This document shows, piece after piece, positions 13,352-23,725 of a stretch of 36,735 nt of DNA. The DNA is from a virus. Below the pieces are notes generated by a model. That model was not told the DNA's origin and ran no database searches. It saw nothing but the letters and a program-made list of their open reading frames with translations. The stretch is taken from IMG/VR virus record IMGVR_UViG_3300045988_027065, positions 1 to 36,735 of that record; one strand, written 5' to 3'. Every line of letters begins with the position of its first letter. The first letter of the stretch is position 1. Made by a program: the position numbers and the translations under genes.

Positions 13352-15052
13352 TCAGGTAATGTTTGTCCATTCATCGCCCTCGCTGCCTCTCCGGAACAGC
13401 CGCCCGGTGATATACACCCCGGCGCCCTTGTCCCCGGAGGAGGTGATGAGCACGCTTCCGGCCTTGCCCGTGAGCTTCGCCACCCCGGTTTTTGTGACGT
13501 AAACGCTGTAGTCCCCGGCCTGAAGCCGGATGCCGGAGCCTGTGGCAATGGCATAGCAGTCCCCGGAGGCGTTGCCCACGCCGATGCCGCTGGTGGTGCC
13601 GGATTCCGTGGCGCCGGTCATATAGCCAAGGTAGCCGCTGAGGGTGCCGTCCGGGCTGTCATAGGAGGAAATGGTGCCGGAGGTGGAAAACTCCCCGGTC
13701 TCCATGTTCCAGAAGTTCTTCCCCCGGTCATCGGTGAGCACCCCGGCCTTGATAAGCCCGGCGTTCAGGGTGCCCACGGTGATCCGGTCGGCCACAATGG
13801 CCCCGTCCTTGGTGATGGCCAGTGAAAAGGGGCCGTTATAGCCGGTATCGGAGTGCCCAAGGCCCCCCTCGTTCCAGCGCCAGAGGCTCCGGGCGGTGGC
13901 AAGATCCTCGGAATCCGACAGAATGCAAAGCTCTATGGGCTTGCCGTCCTCATCCTGCACAAGTACTACACGTCCACCGTGGCTTCCGGCTATCAGCTGC
14001 GTTGCATTCTGGATGGCCGCATCTCGCTTTGCATTAAAATCACTGTTGGGGTTTTGGATTTCGTCTTTCAGACCGGAAATCGTGTTGATTGAGTTCCTCG
14101 GGATACTGTTCACCGCTACGGTATTGTTTTCCGGGTGATATGGATGGATTTCCTCCTCCGCAATCAGTGCTGTGATAGTGCTGCCGTTGTATGCCACCCG
14201 CACCCGCTGGTATAACTCCACCTTGTGATCGCTCCAGCGCTGCGGATCACTGCGGTACAGGTCAAACAGCGATACCTCCCAAGATACCTCCGGCGTGGCC
14301 AGAGAGTCCAACAGAGCCTGTGCGGCGCTTCTGAGGCTTATGGAGTTTTCATACCGTTCATCCTTCCACACCTTGCAGATGATCTTGTCTGTATAGTGGA
14401 GATTTTCCACATAGTCCCTTCCACCGTTGATGTGCCCAATGGTCAAACCGTTCGCTCCTATGGGGTACACTCTGGTGACCAGGTCAGTAGATTTCCCTGT
14501 GCGGCTTGGACGCCGACGCATGGCTGCGCTTTCGGTGAGCAACGTCCCGCTGATCGGATTCGCTTGCGGATAGTACACCGTGCAGATGTGTCGCCCTGTG
14601 TCAAAGCGCATGGCACATCCGTAGCTGTCCTGCGCAGTAAGTGCAATGTCCAGCGGGGTACCACCTGCATCCAGCAGTACACTCCGTCTCTGGGTGTCCA
14701 TGGTTTCATAGACCATGCTCCAGCCGCTGGGCACTACCTGCTGCATGGTCACAGGCAGGCTGGATGTGTTGTTGTAGTAGTAGAAGACAGCGGTAGATTG
14801 CCATGCTTCCAGATTCAGCTGGCAGTCCACGTCTGCGGTACTGCTGCCGGCATCAATGCCCTTGATGACGTAGGTCTGTTCCTCGGTTGTCTCATAGATA
14901 TAGGCCTCTTCCGCTAGCTGGGGGAACGCAGGATCATCCAGATAGAGTTCAAAATGCAGTGTATCTATGCCATTCCATTTATGTGTAACGGCATAATTGT
15001 TTCCTACATCGTGGATTGGGACATTCCCCTCAGCTGTAATCAGTTCAAGCAT
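13352..15052 (-). CDS. Tail-associated protein Tal (prophage-tail/endopeptidase-tail family), 566 aa
   Basis: N-terminus MLELITAEGNVPIH...HKWNGIDTLHFELY. It follows Dit. Confidence 0.7.
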   Translation of the reverse strand: MLELITAEGNVPIHDVGNNYAVTHKWNGIDTLHFELYLDDPAFPQLAEEAYIYETTEEQTYVIKGIDAGSSTADVDCQLNLEAWQSTAVFYYYNNTSSLPVTMQQVVPSGWSMVYETMDTQRRSVLLDAGGTPLDIALTAQDSYGCAMRFDTGRHICTVYYPQANPISGTLLTESAAMRRRPSRTGKSTDLVTRVYPIGANGLTIGHINGGRDYVENLHYTDKIICKVWKDERYENSISLRSAAQALLDSLATPEVSWEVSLFDLYRSDPQRWSDHKVELYQRVRVAYNGSTITALIAEEEIHPYHPENNTVAVNSIPRNSINTISGLKDEIQNPNSDFNAKRDAAIQNATQLIAGSHGGRVVLVQDEDGKPIELCILSDSEDLATARSLWRWNEGGLGHSDTGYNGPFSLAITKDGAIVADRITVGTLNAGLIKAGVLTDDRGKNFWNMETGEFSTSGTISSYDSPDGTLSGYLGYMTGATESGTTSGIGVGNASGDCYAIATGSGIRLQAGDYSVYVTKTGVAKLTGKAGSVLITSSGDKGAGVYITGRLFRRGSEGDEWTNIT

Positions 15053-15068
15053 TTACGTCCTCCTAAGC

Positions 15069-15812
15069 CTATAAAAATGTCGGCGTAAATTCTACTGTTG
15101 CAGCCACCGACGCTGTGCCGCATTCGATATCTAGCACATTTTCACCGGGCGTAAGGTATGGGTAGTCTGTCCACCGCATTGTCCCGGCCCGAAGGTTCCC
15201 GCCGTTGTAGAGATTCTGCATTCCCTGCCCATCCAGCACAAGGTCACCCCCGGTGATGTAACCAATCAAGGGCGTCAACGTCCATTCCGTAATTAGTTCG
15301 GTGGCATGGAACAATCTAATGATTGCCAGTGTACCGGCCGGGATGGACAGTGCCCGGATGGTCAGCTTGCAATCGGTCTTCGGCCATGTGCCTGGATTGT
15401 ACACACGCAGCGGTGCGGTGCCGGATACCTGCATTGGTACCCCGTGCTTGAAGCCGCTTAGCGTGATATCTACACTGCATATTTCGTCATTGATCCATGC
15501 GGTTGCTCCGATCTCTTTGCATGTGCAGGTATATGCGTAGCCGTCAGACAGATCCAACTCGAAGGCGCCGGTAAGCAGTGCCATGATGCCGGTCAGATGG
15601 TCCATGGTTTCTCGTTTGTCTTTGCCGTAGATGTCCAGTGGCAGGGTGATCTCCAAGGGTTCGCGGCTTTGACGGAGCAGCAGTGTGCTGCTCCGTCCTG
15701 CTCCGCGGTTGGTAATGTTTTCGATTTCCCCGCCGCTGATGGCATAGTCCATCTGCAGCTTTGCACCGTACTCTCGAATGTCATGCTGATTGATATAGAT
15801 CCCTCGGTGCAT
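15069..15812 (-). CDS. Distal tail protein Dit (247 aa)
   Basis: It lies immediately after the tape measure with a TAATG overlap. Size and position are typical. Confidence 0.7.
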   Translation of the reverse strand: MHRGIYINQHDIREYGAKLQMDYAISGGEIENITNRGAGRSSTLLLRQSREPLEITLPLDIYGKDKRETMDHLTGIMALLTGAFELDLSDGYAYTCTCKEIGATAWINDEICSVDITLSGFKHGVPMQVSGTAPLRVYNPGTWPKTDCKLTIRALSIPAGTLAIIRLFHATELITEWTLTPLIGYITGGDLVLDGQGMQNLYNGGNLRAGTMRWTDYPYLTPGENVLDIECGTASVAATVEFTPTFL

Positions 15813-18800
15813 TACAATCCCTCCAGATAGGCCATTTGACGGCCCGTATATTTCGCAGATGCACGGGCGATCTCCCGACCGTCCAGATACACCGGTGCTT
15901 TTAGGACTACCGTGTTTCCACGATTGGCAGAGTAACTGTAGTTGGAAATGGTGTTGTTGACGTAATGTGCTTCCTGCATCGTTCCGCTTGGCCGTAGCGC
16001 TGCTCTGGTGGCCCGAAGCAGTTGTTCGGATGTCAGCTCCACAGCCTTCTGGGCCTTGGGCGTTGCCATGGCGATGCCCTGAGCCATACCAGCGGGGATC
16101 ATGGCGCCCACCTGATCCCGGAACACCCGGGAAGGGGAGTTGACCCCAAGCGATTTCTTTGCAGAGGCCAGCGCACTTTGTGCGGCAGATTGAGCGGCCT
16201 GCGTAATGAGATAGCTGCCGCCACGAACGCCGGAGGCCACACCGGCGGAGATATTATAGCCAAGGTTATACCATCCATCAATCTGCATGGCATAGTATGC
16301 CGCATTGGCTACGCTGGAAGCGGCATTGGACACGATGCCTCTCCCACCGGAAATGCCCTGTGCGACTGCGGACGATGCCGATGCACCGGCACTTTGAAAC
16401 TGCCCGTTTGCATTTGCCCAGACGGTCAGCACAATGGCGGTGAGGGTTTGTGCGCTGTTTCTGATGGCATCCGACCGACTTGCCAAGCCGGTTGACAGTT
16501 TCCCCCCTGCGTTGGATCCGGATTGCTGAAAAGCCCCGGACTTGGATGTCCAAACAGATGTAACCGAGTCGGCAAGCCGTTGGCCCGCTGAACGTACCGA
16601 ACCGAGCTCCCCTGAAAGCCCGGACTGAATTCTGGTTCCCGCATTAGCCCCAGCCTGCTTGAAGGTGCCAGATTTGCCATTCCAAGCCGAAACGACATCC
16701 GTGGCAAGCCCTTGTGCCGCAGTACGCATGGCTGCAGACTGACTTGTCATTCCAGATGCAAGGCCTTGTCCCACAGCGTCGCCCAAATCCGTCCAGCTGA
16801 TATTTGCAATGGCCGTATGGGCAGCCATACCCAGTTGCTGGCCGGCAGCTTCCACAATAGGAGATTGTGCCGTGATGCTGGCTGCCACGTTTCCAGCCAG
16901 CGCAGCGCCAGAGGCTGATGTATCGGTACTGGCATAGCCTTCGCTGAACTGCGTACCCATTTCTACGCCAGAATCATACAGCATTCCGGCTCCCATGGCA
17001 GCGCCCAGTGCGGCATTTTCGGTTGCTTCATTGCCAGCATCAGCAAACAGGCCGCTCCACTCTGCAAGCTCTTCGTCTGACATATTAACGAACTGCGCTA
17101 CCTGCTCTGCGCCCTCAAGCCCCATGTTGTAGAGCTGCTGCACCAACGCTCTTGTCCCAGAATCTCCGCTGGTAACAGCGCGATTCCAGAGAGTTTCCAT
17201 GTTGTTATTCCAATTGGCCTGTGCCTCAATGTTGGCAGTAAGGTTCTCCTTCATTTCGCTGAGGCTCATATTGAGGCTGGTAGAAGCCTTTTGGAAACTG
17301 TTGACTACGTTATCTGTAGCACTGGCTACGTTGTCCTGAAATTCCTCCACGGACATGTCTGCGCCCGCAAGATATGCTGCAACTTCTTCGGTGGATATTC
17401 CGATATCCCCGGCCATATCACCAACCGCGGTGCCCAGCTCCTGCGTGGTGGCTGCAACATTCAGCTGGTATAGGGCCTGATTTGCCAGACCTTCAATGTA
17501 AGCGTCTCCTGTACCCGTCAACTCTTCCAACTGACCCGATAGCTCGTCGTATTTTGTGCGGAGGTCTCCGCCGGCAGCCGCTGCATTCTGTGCGTCCAAG
17601 GCGATCCGTGCAATGGATTTGGTCGCCTCCGCTGCAGCCTGCTCCTGCGCTTCCACGCTCTGCGTGCTGCTGTCTGTGCTGTCAGCAAATTGCTCTGCGT
17701 CTGCTGCGGCCTGATCCAATGCGTCTCCGTAGGTATCTACATCTGCCCGGGCGGTGCGCACAGCACCTTTAGCATTGTCCATAGCTGTGTTCGCATCGGT
17801 CAGTGCATCTTTTGCCTCCGTAACAGCGTCTTTTGCGTTTTTCCAAGACAGTTCATAGCCGCTATTGGCTATGCGGTTCCCGTTTACAATGTGGGTATGC
17901 TCTTCCTCAAAGGCGTTAAGCTTGTCCTGCGCAGAGCTTAAGTTTGCTCGCGCTGTCTCCAGCTTTTCGGTCGCATCTGCCTCATTGTCCAGCATATCTG
18001 TCAGGTTCTTTTGGGCCGATTCATATTGCTGCTGTGCTTCGTATTGCTCATTCAGAGCCCGCATAGCTTCCTCGGATCGGTTTAGCGATCCTGTCTGCTG
18101 ATCAAACTCCAAATTCAAGCCGGGGATTGCTGCATTAAGCTCGTCCACAAGAGCCTGCACATCTGCTGCAGAAGATGCCGTGCCGTCATAGGCAGCCACC
18201 AATCCCACCAGACTGGTAATCATCTTGTCATTGTCCTCGGCGCTGGATGACACCTGCCCCTTAAACTCAGAATAAGCGGTATTGGTTTTATCGATCTGCT
18301 CAGCCAAACCAGCCGTAGCCTCGGAATTGGCCTCAATGTCACTTTCCAGTTGTTCTGCGGGGGAAAGTGTCTCGCCCATGCTGTTGGCCAATCCGCCGAG
18401 TGCGGCAGAAAGCCCGATAACGCCGGCTACCGCCAACGCAATCGGATTGATTGCCAGCGCTGCAGTGAATCCCTTCGTGGCGATTGTTGCCACCAGTGCT
18501 GCCGCTTTATATGCAACAATGCCGGTAACGATGCCGCCCACAACAGAAACGATATTCCCGCCATTGTCCAGCACCCATGCAGCGCCTTCAATGAGCTTTG
18601 GGAGCACATCTGCGGCCAACTCAGCACCAGTGCTGATCAAGTCGGCCACACCGGCGCTGATCTGCTCCATCTGCTCCGATAATGACCCGCCTTCCACCGA
18701 ATCCGTTAATTCCAGAAATGCGTCAGACAAGCTTTTCACGCCTTCTGTGATGGAATCGTCAAAATAGCTATATACTGCAGTCCCCAGATTGGTGATCCGG

Positions 18801-19840
18801 GTTTTGAGCATATCGGTCTGGAAGCTCAGGGTATTGGCCATGGTCTCATAGGCCGTTTCGGTAAGGCCGGTGCTGTTTCGCAGCTGCTCCAGGTTGGAAT
18901 TGAAGGTTTCCACACCCTGTCCGGCTATTGCCGATGCCGCCTTGCCAGCTTCGGCGGATCCCCACAGGTTCATCAATGCCTCTGTATCGCCATTGACACT
19001 GTCCAGCAGGATTCCCAGCACGTCACCTAGAGAAGCCCCCGACTGCATCAATTGCCCGAAGCTCTTTCCGGTTTTATCCTGAATGACCTTCGCCACATCC
19101 GAACCGGAATCACCCAGCTCATTAAACATAGAAGACAGATAGGTGGTAGATTCCTCCGTGGAAATACCGGCTTTGGTTAAGGACACATAGGCAGATTCCA
19201 GATTGCCAAGATCAATGCTGTAGGCAGATGCCGTTGCAATGGCCTTACCCATGGAGCTTGCCAACTGTCCCACTGTGGTAACACCGAGGTTCTGGGTTTG
19301 GATCAGACTGTCCGAAATGTTGCTGGCATCTTCGGCAGACATGTTGTATGCGTTGATGATGGTGGTCAGTACGCCCAGCGCGTCGCTCTCATCTGCAAAT
19401 CCTGCTGTAGCCAGCTTAGATGCATCTGCTACCAGAGAGACCGCATTGGCTGTGTCGCCGGTGGCGGAAATGGCGTTATATACGCTGTCAGACAGTTCCG
19501 TGGCCGCAGTGCCGGTTTTGTTGGACAGGTCCAGAATAGCGTCTGACATATCTCCTGCAGATACGACGGCCTGATCCATGATGGTCATGGTCTTGGCAAA
19601 TGCGGTTTCATAGGCGCTGCCCGCTGTAACTGCCGCCGTAACACCTGCCCCCAAGGCGGTTGCCACAGCCGATGCAGCCCCAACGACAAGCTTTAGGGCT
19701 TTGGTTGCATTCTCGTTGGCCTTTGCATAATCTGTCGTGGCCCCGGCTGCGTCCGTTGCGGTACCCTTTACCTTATTTAAGCTGGTTTCAAACCCTGAAG
19801 TCTCCGCATCAATTTCGATGACAACCTTACCGTCAGCCAT
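15812..19840 (-). CDS. Tape measure protein (1342 aa from MADGKVV)
   Basis: Very long, Ala/Gly/Ser-rich and helical. ATG at 19840 is preceded by GGAGGTG. Confidence 0.9.
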   Translation of the reverse strand: MADGKVVIEIDAETSGFETSLNKVKGTATDAAGATTDYAKANENATKALKLVVGAASAVATALGAGVTAAVTAGSAYETAFAKTMTIMDQAVVSAGDMSDAILDLSNKTGTAATELSDSVYNAISATGDTANAVSLVADASKLATAGFADESDALGVLTTIINAYNMSAEDASNISDSLIQTQNLGVTTVGQLASSMGKAIATASAYSIDLGNLESAYVSLTKAGISTEESTTYLSSMFNELGDSGSDVAKVIQDKTGKSFGQLMQSGASLGDVLGILLDSVNGDTEALMNLWGSAEAGKAASAIAGQGVETFNSNLEQLRNSTGLTETAYETMANTLSFQTDMLKTRITNLGTAVYSYFDDSITEGVKSLSDAFLELTDSVEGGSLSEQMEQISAGVADLISTGAELAADVLPKLIEGAAWVLDNGGNIVSVVGGIVTGIVAYKAAALVATIATKGFTAALAINPIALAVAGVIGLSAALGGLANSMGETLSPAEQLESDIEANSEATAGLAEQIDKTNTAYSEFKGQVSSSAEDNDKMITSLVGLVAAYDGTASSAADVQALVDELNAAIPGLNLEFDQQTGSLNRSEEAMRALNEQYEAQQQYESAQKNLTDMLDNEADATEKLETARANLSSAQDKLNAFEEEHTHIVNGNRIANSGYELSWKNAKDAVTEAKDALTDANTAMDNAKGAVRTARADVDTYGDALDQAAADAEQFADSTDSSTQSVEAQEQAAAEATKSIARIALDAQNAAAAGGDLRTKYDELSGQLEELTGTGDAYIEGLANQALYQLNVAATTQELGTAVGDMAGDIGISTEEVAAYLAGADMSVEEFQDNVASATDNVVNSFQKASTSLNMSLSEMKENLTANIEAQANWNNNMETLWNRAVTSGDSGTRALVQQLYNMGLEGAEQVAQFVNMSDEELAEWSGLFADAGNEATENAALGAAMGAGMLYDSGVEMGTQFSEGYASTDTSASGAALAGNVAASITAQSPIVEAAGQQLGMAAHTAIANISWTDLGDAVGQGLASGMTSQSAAMRTAAQGLATDVVSAWNGKSGTFKQAGANAGTRIQSGLSGELGSVRSAGQRLADSVTSVWTSKSGAFQQSGSNAGGKLSTGLASRSDAIRNSAQTLTAIVLTVWANANGQFQSAGASASSAVAQGISGGRGIVSNAASSVANAAYYAMQIDGWYNLGYNISAGVASGVRGGSYLITQAAQSAAQSALASAKKSLGVNSPSRVFRDQVGAMIPAGMAQGIAMATPKAQKAVELTSEQLLRATRAALRPSGTMQEAHYVNNTISNYSYSANRGNTVVLKAPVYLDGREIARASAKYTGRQMAYLEGL

Positions 19841-20390
19841 TGTTTCCACCTCCGCTCCTTGCAATGATCTCGTCCAAATGCCGTAAATGATCGGCCACAG
19901 TCTCTACTCCGTTCGGGTGGATTGCGTAGAGATTGCGCAGCCTGATCCACTGGGCCCGTTCTTTCGCCTTCATACTGCCAAGATCCTTTGTTCGGATTTC
20001 CACCCGGCGTGAGAAATCGGGGCCGCACAGCCCCTCCAGCAGCGCCATAAAGCGCCACCAGTGCATATCTGTTTCAGGGGCTGTCAAGTCGATCCCATAC
20101 CGCTCCAGAAAGCCTGCAGCGATCACGTCGGAATCTGCTGTCAGGTCATACGGCACCGGTCCGTTTTGCTGTTCCGCCGTTGCGGGAGCCGCATCCTTCC
20201 GCCGTATGAATCGGGATATCCCCTCAATAGCCGCCGATACGTACTCTGGTTGGCTGTCTGGAAACCAGAGATCTAAAAAAGATGCCGCTGTCAGTGTTCC
20301 TGCAGCGGCAATCCTCTGATATTCAATCCCCGTGCGGAAGTCTGTGCGGATCGGGTAGATCTCTCCGTTGATCCGCAGGGCGTTTGGCAT
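19833..20390 (-). CDS. Gp15-like tail assembly chaperone T segment, probably made only as a -1 frameshift fusion with the upstream G gene
   Basis: Motif IYPIRTDFRTGIEY is Gp15-family-like. There is no SD before its ATG. Its frame is open back to the slippery site at 20444-20450. Confidence 0.7.
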   Translation of the reverse strand: MPNALRINGEIYPIRTDFRTGIEYQRIAAAGTLTAASFLDLWFPDSQPEYVSAAIEGISRFIRRKDAAPATAEQQNGPVPYDLTADSDVIAAGFLERYGIDLTAPETDMHWWRFMALLEGLCGPDFSRRVEIRTKDLGSMKAKERAQWIRLRNLYAIHPNGVETVADHLRHLDEIIARSGGGNNG

Positions 20391-20407
20391 ATGCCACAGG
20401 CTGTATG

Positions 20408-20737
20408 TTATTTCCGGCTCCGCCCAGCCTTGGCGGCCTGCAGGTTTTTTGTTTTACCCTCAATATAGGTGCTGTGGATGTAAAGCAGCACCTGATCCAG
20501 CGCATACCCGTCCGCCTCGTCCATCCGTTCAAGGATCTCGCTGGTATTCTCTTCGCCGATCAGATCATTGAGGATTCCGATTTTATCCGCAGCCGGCATC
20601 GGCTTCTGAAGCTTCTTGAATGCGCTGTCGATCTTTCGGTCCATGTCGTCTCCGATGAAAAGCGTGACCTTCACCTGGTCCTCTTCAAAGAATTCCAGAG
20701 TGAGATAGCGGTCAACAAATGTAAAATACTTGCCCAT
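20408..20737 (-). CDS. Tail assembly chaperone G (109 aa)
   Basis: It lies between the major tail and tape measure genes and carries the slippery heptamer near its 3' end. Confidence 0.75.
   Translation of the reverse strand: MGKYFTFVDRYLTLEFFEEDQVKVTLFIGDDMDRKIDSAFKKLQKPMPAADKIGILNDLIGEENTSEILERMDEADGYALDQVLLYIHSTYIEGKTKNLQAAKAGRSRK
20444..20450 (-). promoter_or_regulatory. Programmed -1 ribosomal frameshift heptamer A_AAA_AAC (G/GT chaperones)
   Basis: In the zero frame it reads ACA AAA AAC. The -1 frame opens at a TAA immediately upstream and runs without stops into the Gp15-like ORF. Confidence 0.65.
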
Positions 20738-20806
20738 GGTATAGGCTCCTTTCTCATTCAGTTTTTCAGTGTTGCCCCCTCACAGGGAGGGGGCGGGAAT
20801 GCTTAC

Positions 20807-21307
20807 TCAGGTTTCGGCGTAGGTGTACTCAGACACAGGGCCGCTGGACTTGAGCTCCACGTCAATGTCCGCAGGGGAGGACGCTGCACCATTGCCGTCA
20901 TTGTTGACGATGATGGTCATGGTGCCGGTCTCGCCCTTTTTGGTGGCGGAGTGGAAATACACATACTTCCGCTGCACGGTGCTGCCCTTACCAAACTTGA
21001 TTGCAAAGGAACGGATGAAGTCTACAAACTCATCGGAAATGTATGCCTGACCGGTGATCTGGAAGGTGCGCTGGGTAGAGGTCTTGATGGTGCTGTCGCC
21101 CTCGTAGACATAGGACTTGTCCTCGGTCTTGGCACTCAGCTTTGCACCGTAGTCTTCCACGTGGACGCCTACATAGGTGTAGTCGCCGGGCTTTGCTGCG
21201 GGGCTTGTAGTCTCGCTGCAATCCAGACCCAGCACCATGTCACGGCCCACATATTCGCCGGTGGCTTCTGCCGCAGTGACCTTCGCCATGTATTCGGAAA
21301 TTTTCAT
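20807..21307 (-). CDS. Major tail protein (166 aa from MKISEY)
   Basis: ATGA overlap with the upstream gene. Position and size fit, and the sequence is beta-rich. Confidence 0.7.
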   Translation of the reverse strand: MKISEYMAKVTAAEATGEYVGRDMVLGLDCSETTSPAAKPGDYTYVGVHVEDYGAKLSAKTEDKSYVYEGDSTIKTSTQRTFQITGQAYISDEFVDFIRSFAIKFGKGSTVQRKYVYFHSATKKGETGTMTIIVNNDGNGAASSPADIDVELKSSGPVSEYTYAET

Positions 21308-21732
21308 AATGTTCCCTCCTGTAAATAGGTGATCCCCATTTGCAGCTGATACCGGGCGAGGCCGTTCTCGTCCACGGCAACCGGGTATGCGCTGCTGAGG
21401 ATTTCGATTGATTGACATTTCCGGCCGGCCCCAAGATCGGGGAGCCGCCGGAAAAGATTCTGCGTCTGAATCCAGCTGTCGAAGGATTCAAACCACTCCA
21501 TGTTTTCCGTTTGGTTTTCCACATCAGAGCTGTAGAACATAGAGGATGCGAGGTTGAACTGGAACTGCCGCCGGGAACTGCCGCTCATGTACTGCTTGAG
21601 CACCGGTTCGCACGGCACACTCTCAATGCTGTAGTATCTGGCGCTCTCGGGGAGCCAGTCCACATGCATCATGCCGTCAGACAGTCCCGGATAATTTTCC
21701 AGGTAGTTCCGGATTGCTGATGTAATGCTCAT
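21304..21732 (-). CDS. Tail completion / head-tail joining protein (Minor_capsid_3-like)
   Basis: Position immediately upstream of the major tail protein. Overlapping stop/start. Confidence 0.5.
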   Translation of the reverse strand: MSITSAIRNYLENYPGLSDGMMHVDWLPESARYYSIESVPCEPVLKQYMSGSSRRQFQFNLASSMFYSSDVENQTENMEWFESFDSWIQTQNLFRRLPDLGAGRKCQSIEILSSAYPVAVDENGLARYQLQMGITYLQEGTL

Positions 21733-22073
21733 TTCCCGGGCCTCCCTTTGATGTACGCTTCCAGCTCACGCACGACTGCATCGCCCTCTGCCGCCATCAT
21801 GGCGCGATCCCAATACTGGCAGCGCCGTGGATCACGATGGCGGTATGGCGTGGTGTACTGCTTCCGGGCATATGGCATGACGTAGGTAATGGCGCTGCCG
21901 TCCCCCGCAATCTGGAAGGTGTTTTTCAGGTTGCCCTGATCCATTGGCACATACTTATCACTGCGGCGACGCACGTTGGCAGCCAGCGCTTTCCGTGCGG
22001 CGTTGGAACTGCCCAGTCCGTACTTCCGGCAGATTGCGGTGGTGTCAATATTGGAAAATACCTTGATACTCAC
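21729..22073 (-). CDS. Head-tail joining protein (HK97 gp10 / Minor_capsid_2-like), GTG start
   Basis: GGAGGTGA lies upstream of the GTG at 22073, with a GTGA overlap. Motif MPYARKQYTTPYRH. Confidence 0.5.
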   Translation of the reverse strand: MSIKVFSNIDTTAICRKYGLGSSNAARKALAANVRRRSDKYVPMDQGNLKNTFQIAGDGSAITYVMPYARKQYTTPYRHRDPRRCQYWDRAMMAAEGDAVVRELEAYIKGRPGK

Positions 22074-22468
22074 TTGCACGTCACCTCCCAGTGATCCATG
22101 GTGGAGCCGTACCAGTGGTCTGTAATGCTGGCAATCAGTTTGCATCCCGGTACGGCCTTTTGGATTGCCCCAGTGATCTCTCCATCGGGCCCTTCTCCGG
22201 GAATCACAGCGTCCCCGGGCTGTAGCGTCCAGATATCGTCATGACTCTCAGCGGAAGCATACATGGTGGGGGAAACATATCCATCACGATGGGGCAGAAT
22301 CAACAGGCATTCCAGCTGCCCGCCAGTGACGCCAGTAACGCTGAGGGACGTACCAACGCCTGCGCGCCAGTACACCCCTTGAAGTAACCTCCGGCCCCAA
22401 CGTGCGGGATTATCATTGCCGTACCGGTTGTAGATGGTAACCGTCTGGCCAAACATCATCCGGGCCAC
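22070..22468 (-). CDS. Head closure / head-tail joining protein (132 aa)
   Basis: Position. Motif TVTIYNRY...W.RRLLQGVYW...HWEVTCK recurs in this gene slot of Firmicutes siphophages. Confidence 0.5.
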   Translation of the reverse strand: MARMMFGQTVTIYNRYGNDNPARWGRRLLQGVYWRAGVGTSLSVTGVTGGQLECLLILPHRDGYVSPTMYASAESHDDIWTLQPGDAVIPGEGPDGEITGAIQKAVPGCKLIASITDHWYGSTMDHWEVTCK

Positions 22469-22800
22469 CCCCGATACAATAGGCCGGTATCACCCAACCA
22501 CTGCCGGATGATGTCAGCATAAATCTGGTCGCTTGTCTGGCTGCCATCTGCATAGGACTGGCTCCAGCTGCCCACGGACTGGGACGCGAGGTTGCCGCCG
22601 TGCCAACGCTGGTGTACGGCATCAACCAACTCGTCGAAGCACTGCTGAATCAGCTCCCCGTGGTCGTCGCTGCTGTACACCCGCCCAAACGTCCGGTCAT
22701 AGAGGCAGCGCCATGCGGTGCGGCTTGCCGCCCGGAGATCATCCCCGGACAGCTTGCCGCCGTCGGCGGTGTAGCCGGAAATCAGCTCATTGAGCGTCAC
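22456..22800 (-). CDS. Head-tail connector/adaptor (114 aa from GTG)
   Basis: GGAGGTGG lies 6 nt before the GTG at 22800, just after the capsid stop. The longer ORF-track form overlaps the capsid gene. Confidence 0.5.
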   Translation of the reverse strand: MTLNELISGYTADGGKLSGDDLRAASRTAWRCLYDRTFGRVYSSDDHGELIQQCFDELVDAVHQRWHGGNLASQSVGSWSQSYADGSQTSDQIYADIIRQWLGDTGLLYRGWPG

Positions 22801-22816
22801 GCCGCACCACCTCCGA

Positions 22817-23722
22817 TCATGCCTTGGTGTGCAGGTAGATGCCGGCAGACTTATTCTTGTAGGTTTTAGCGATACCCACATTGCGGTAGCCGAACTTGTA
22901 AGCATCGGCGCTTTGGTTCTGCTCCGGGGTGATGATCTTGGGAACTACGTGCTTCTCAAACTGGATGACGGCGGGCTTGTGGATCACCATGAAGTTGATC
23001 TCCTTTGCGGAGTCACCCTTGACATAGCCGCCTGCGGTCTCATCGGTGGTGGTGGGTTTCTCGGTGGCACCGCCGGTGATGACTTTGCCGGACTTCTGGG
23101 CGATTTGGGTGTAGAACCGGGTCTGGGGCACGTCCACTACCTTGGCGAACCGTGCCAGTACCTCCCGGCTCTTGGTGGTGTCCATGTCCTGAATCAGGCC
23201 GTGAAGGGTGGGAGTGATGTAAAGATACCGGTTCTCCATGGGGACTTCGTCTTCATCCATCTTGGTGGTTGCGGCCCGCAGCGCCTTGATAACGGCATCA
23301 CCGGTGGAAAGGGTGGCAGCGGTTGCCTTGCTGATATTATCGGCAGAGGCGTACTGAGAGAAGCGGAAGGCGTCCAGCTCCGGAACCACCTTGGTGCGGA
23401 TGAACTCACCGGCCAGATTGCCAAATGCAATGCCCGCAGTCTCCATGTTGTCCATGGTGTCCACAGTGAACATGCGGCCACGGTCAAAGTTGCAGGTGAC
23501 GGTCTCGTTGGTAAGGGTCACATCGCCCTCCACATAGCCGCTGTTGCGACTGTAGTCCCCCAGACCCTGCATGGTCATCATGGGGATAATCAGCTCATTT
23601 GCATTGGCTCCCTGCCGTGCCAGGTCGGCAGCGCCGTCCAGATCAGATGTCAGGGATGCCTGCTGATAGGTTTCGTCCAGAAGAGGGACGAACTGCTGCG
23701 CAAGTGCAATAGAATTTGCCAT
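22817..23722 (-). CDS. Major capsid protein (301 aa)
   Basis: It follows the scaffold gene. The N-terminus MANSIALAQQFVPLLDETYQQASLTSDL is typical of this capsid family. Confidence 0.85.
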   Translation of the reverse strand: MANSIALAQQFVPLLDETYQQASLTSDLDGAADLARQGANANELIIPMMTMQGLGDYSRNSGYVEGDVTLTNETVTCNFDRGRMFTVDTMDNMETAGIAFGNLAGEFIRTKVVPELDAFRFSQYASADNISKATAATLSTGDAVIKALRAATTKMDEDEVPMENRYLYITPTLHGLIQDMDTTKSREVLARFAKVVDVPQTRFYTQIAQKSGKVITGGATEKPTTTDETAGGYVKGDSAKEINFMVIHKPAVIQFEKHVVPKIITPEQNQSADAYKFGYRNVGIAKTYKNKSAGIYLHTKA

Positions 23723-23725
23723 AAA

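Noticed and set aside
20384-21328. 314-aa plus-strand ORF
   Set aside because: It is antisense to the tail chaperone and major tail genes. The sequence is low-complexity Gly/Val/His-rich, has no RBS, and breaks the conserved head-tail synteny.
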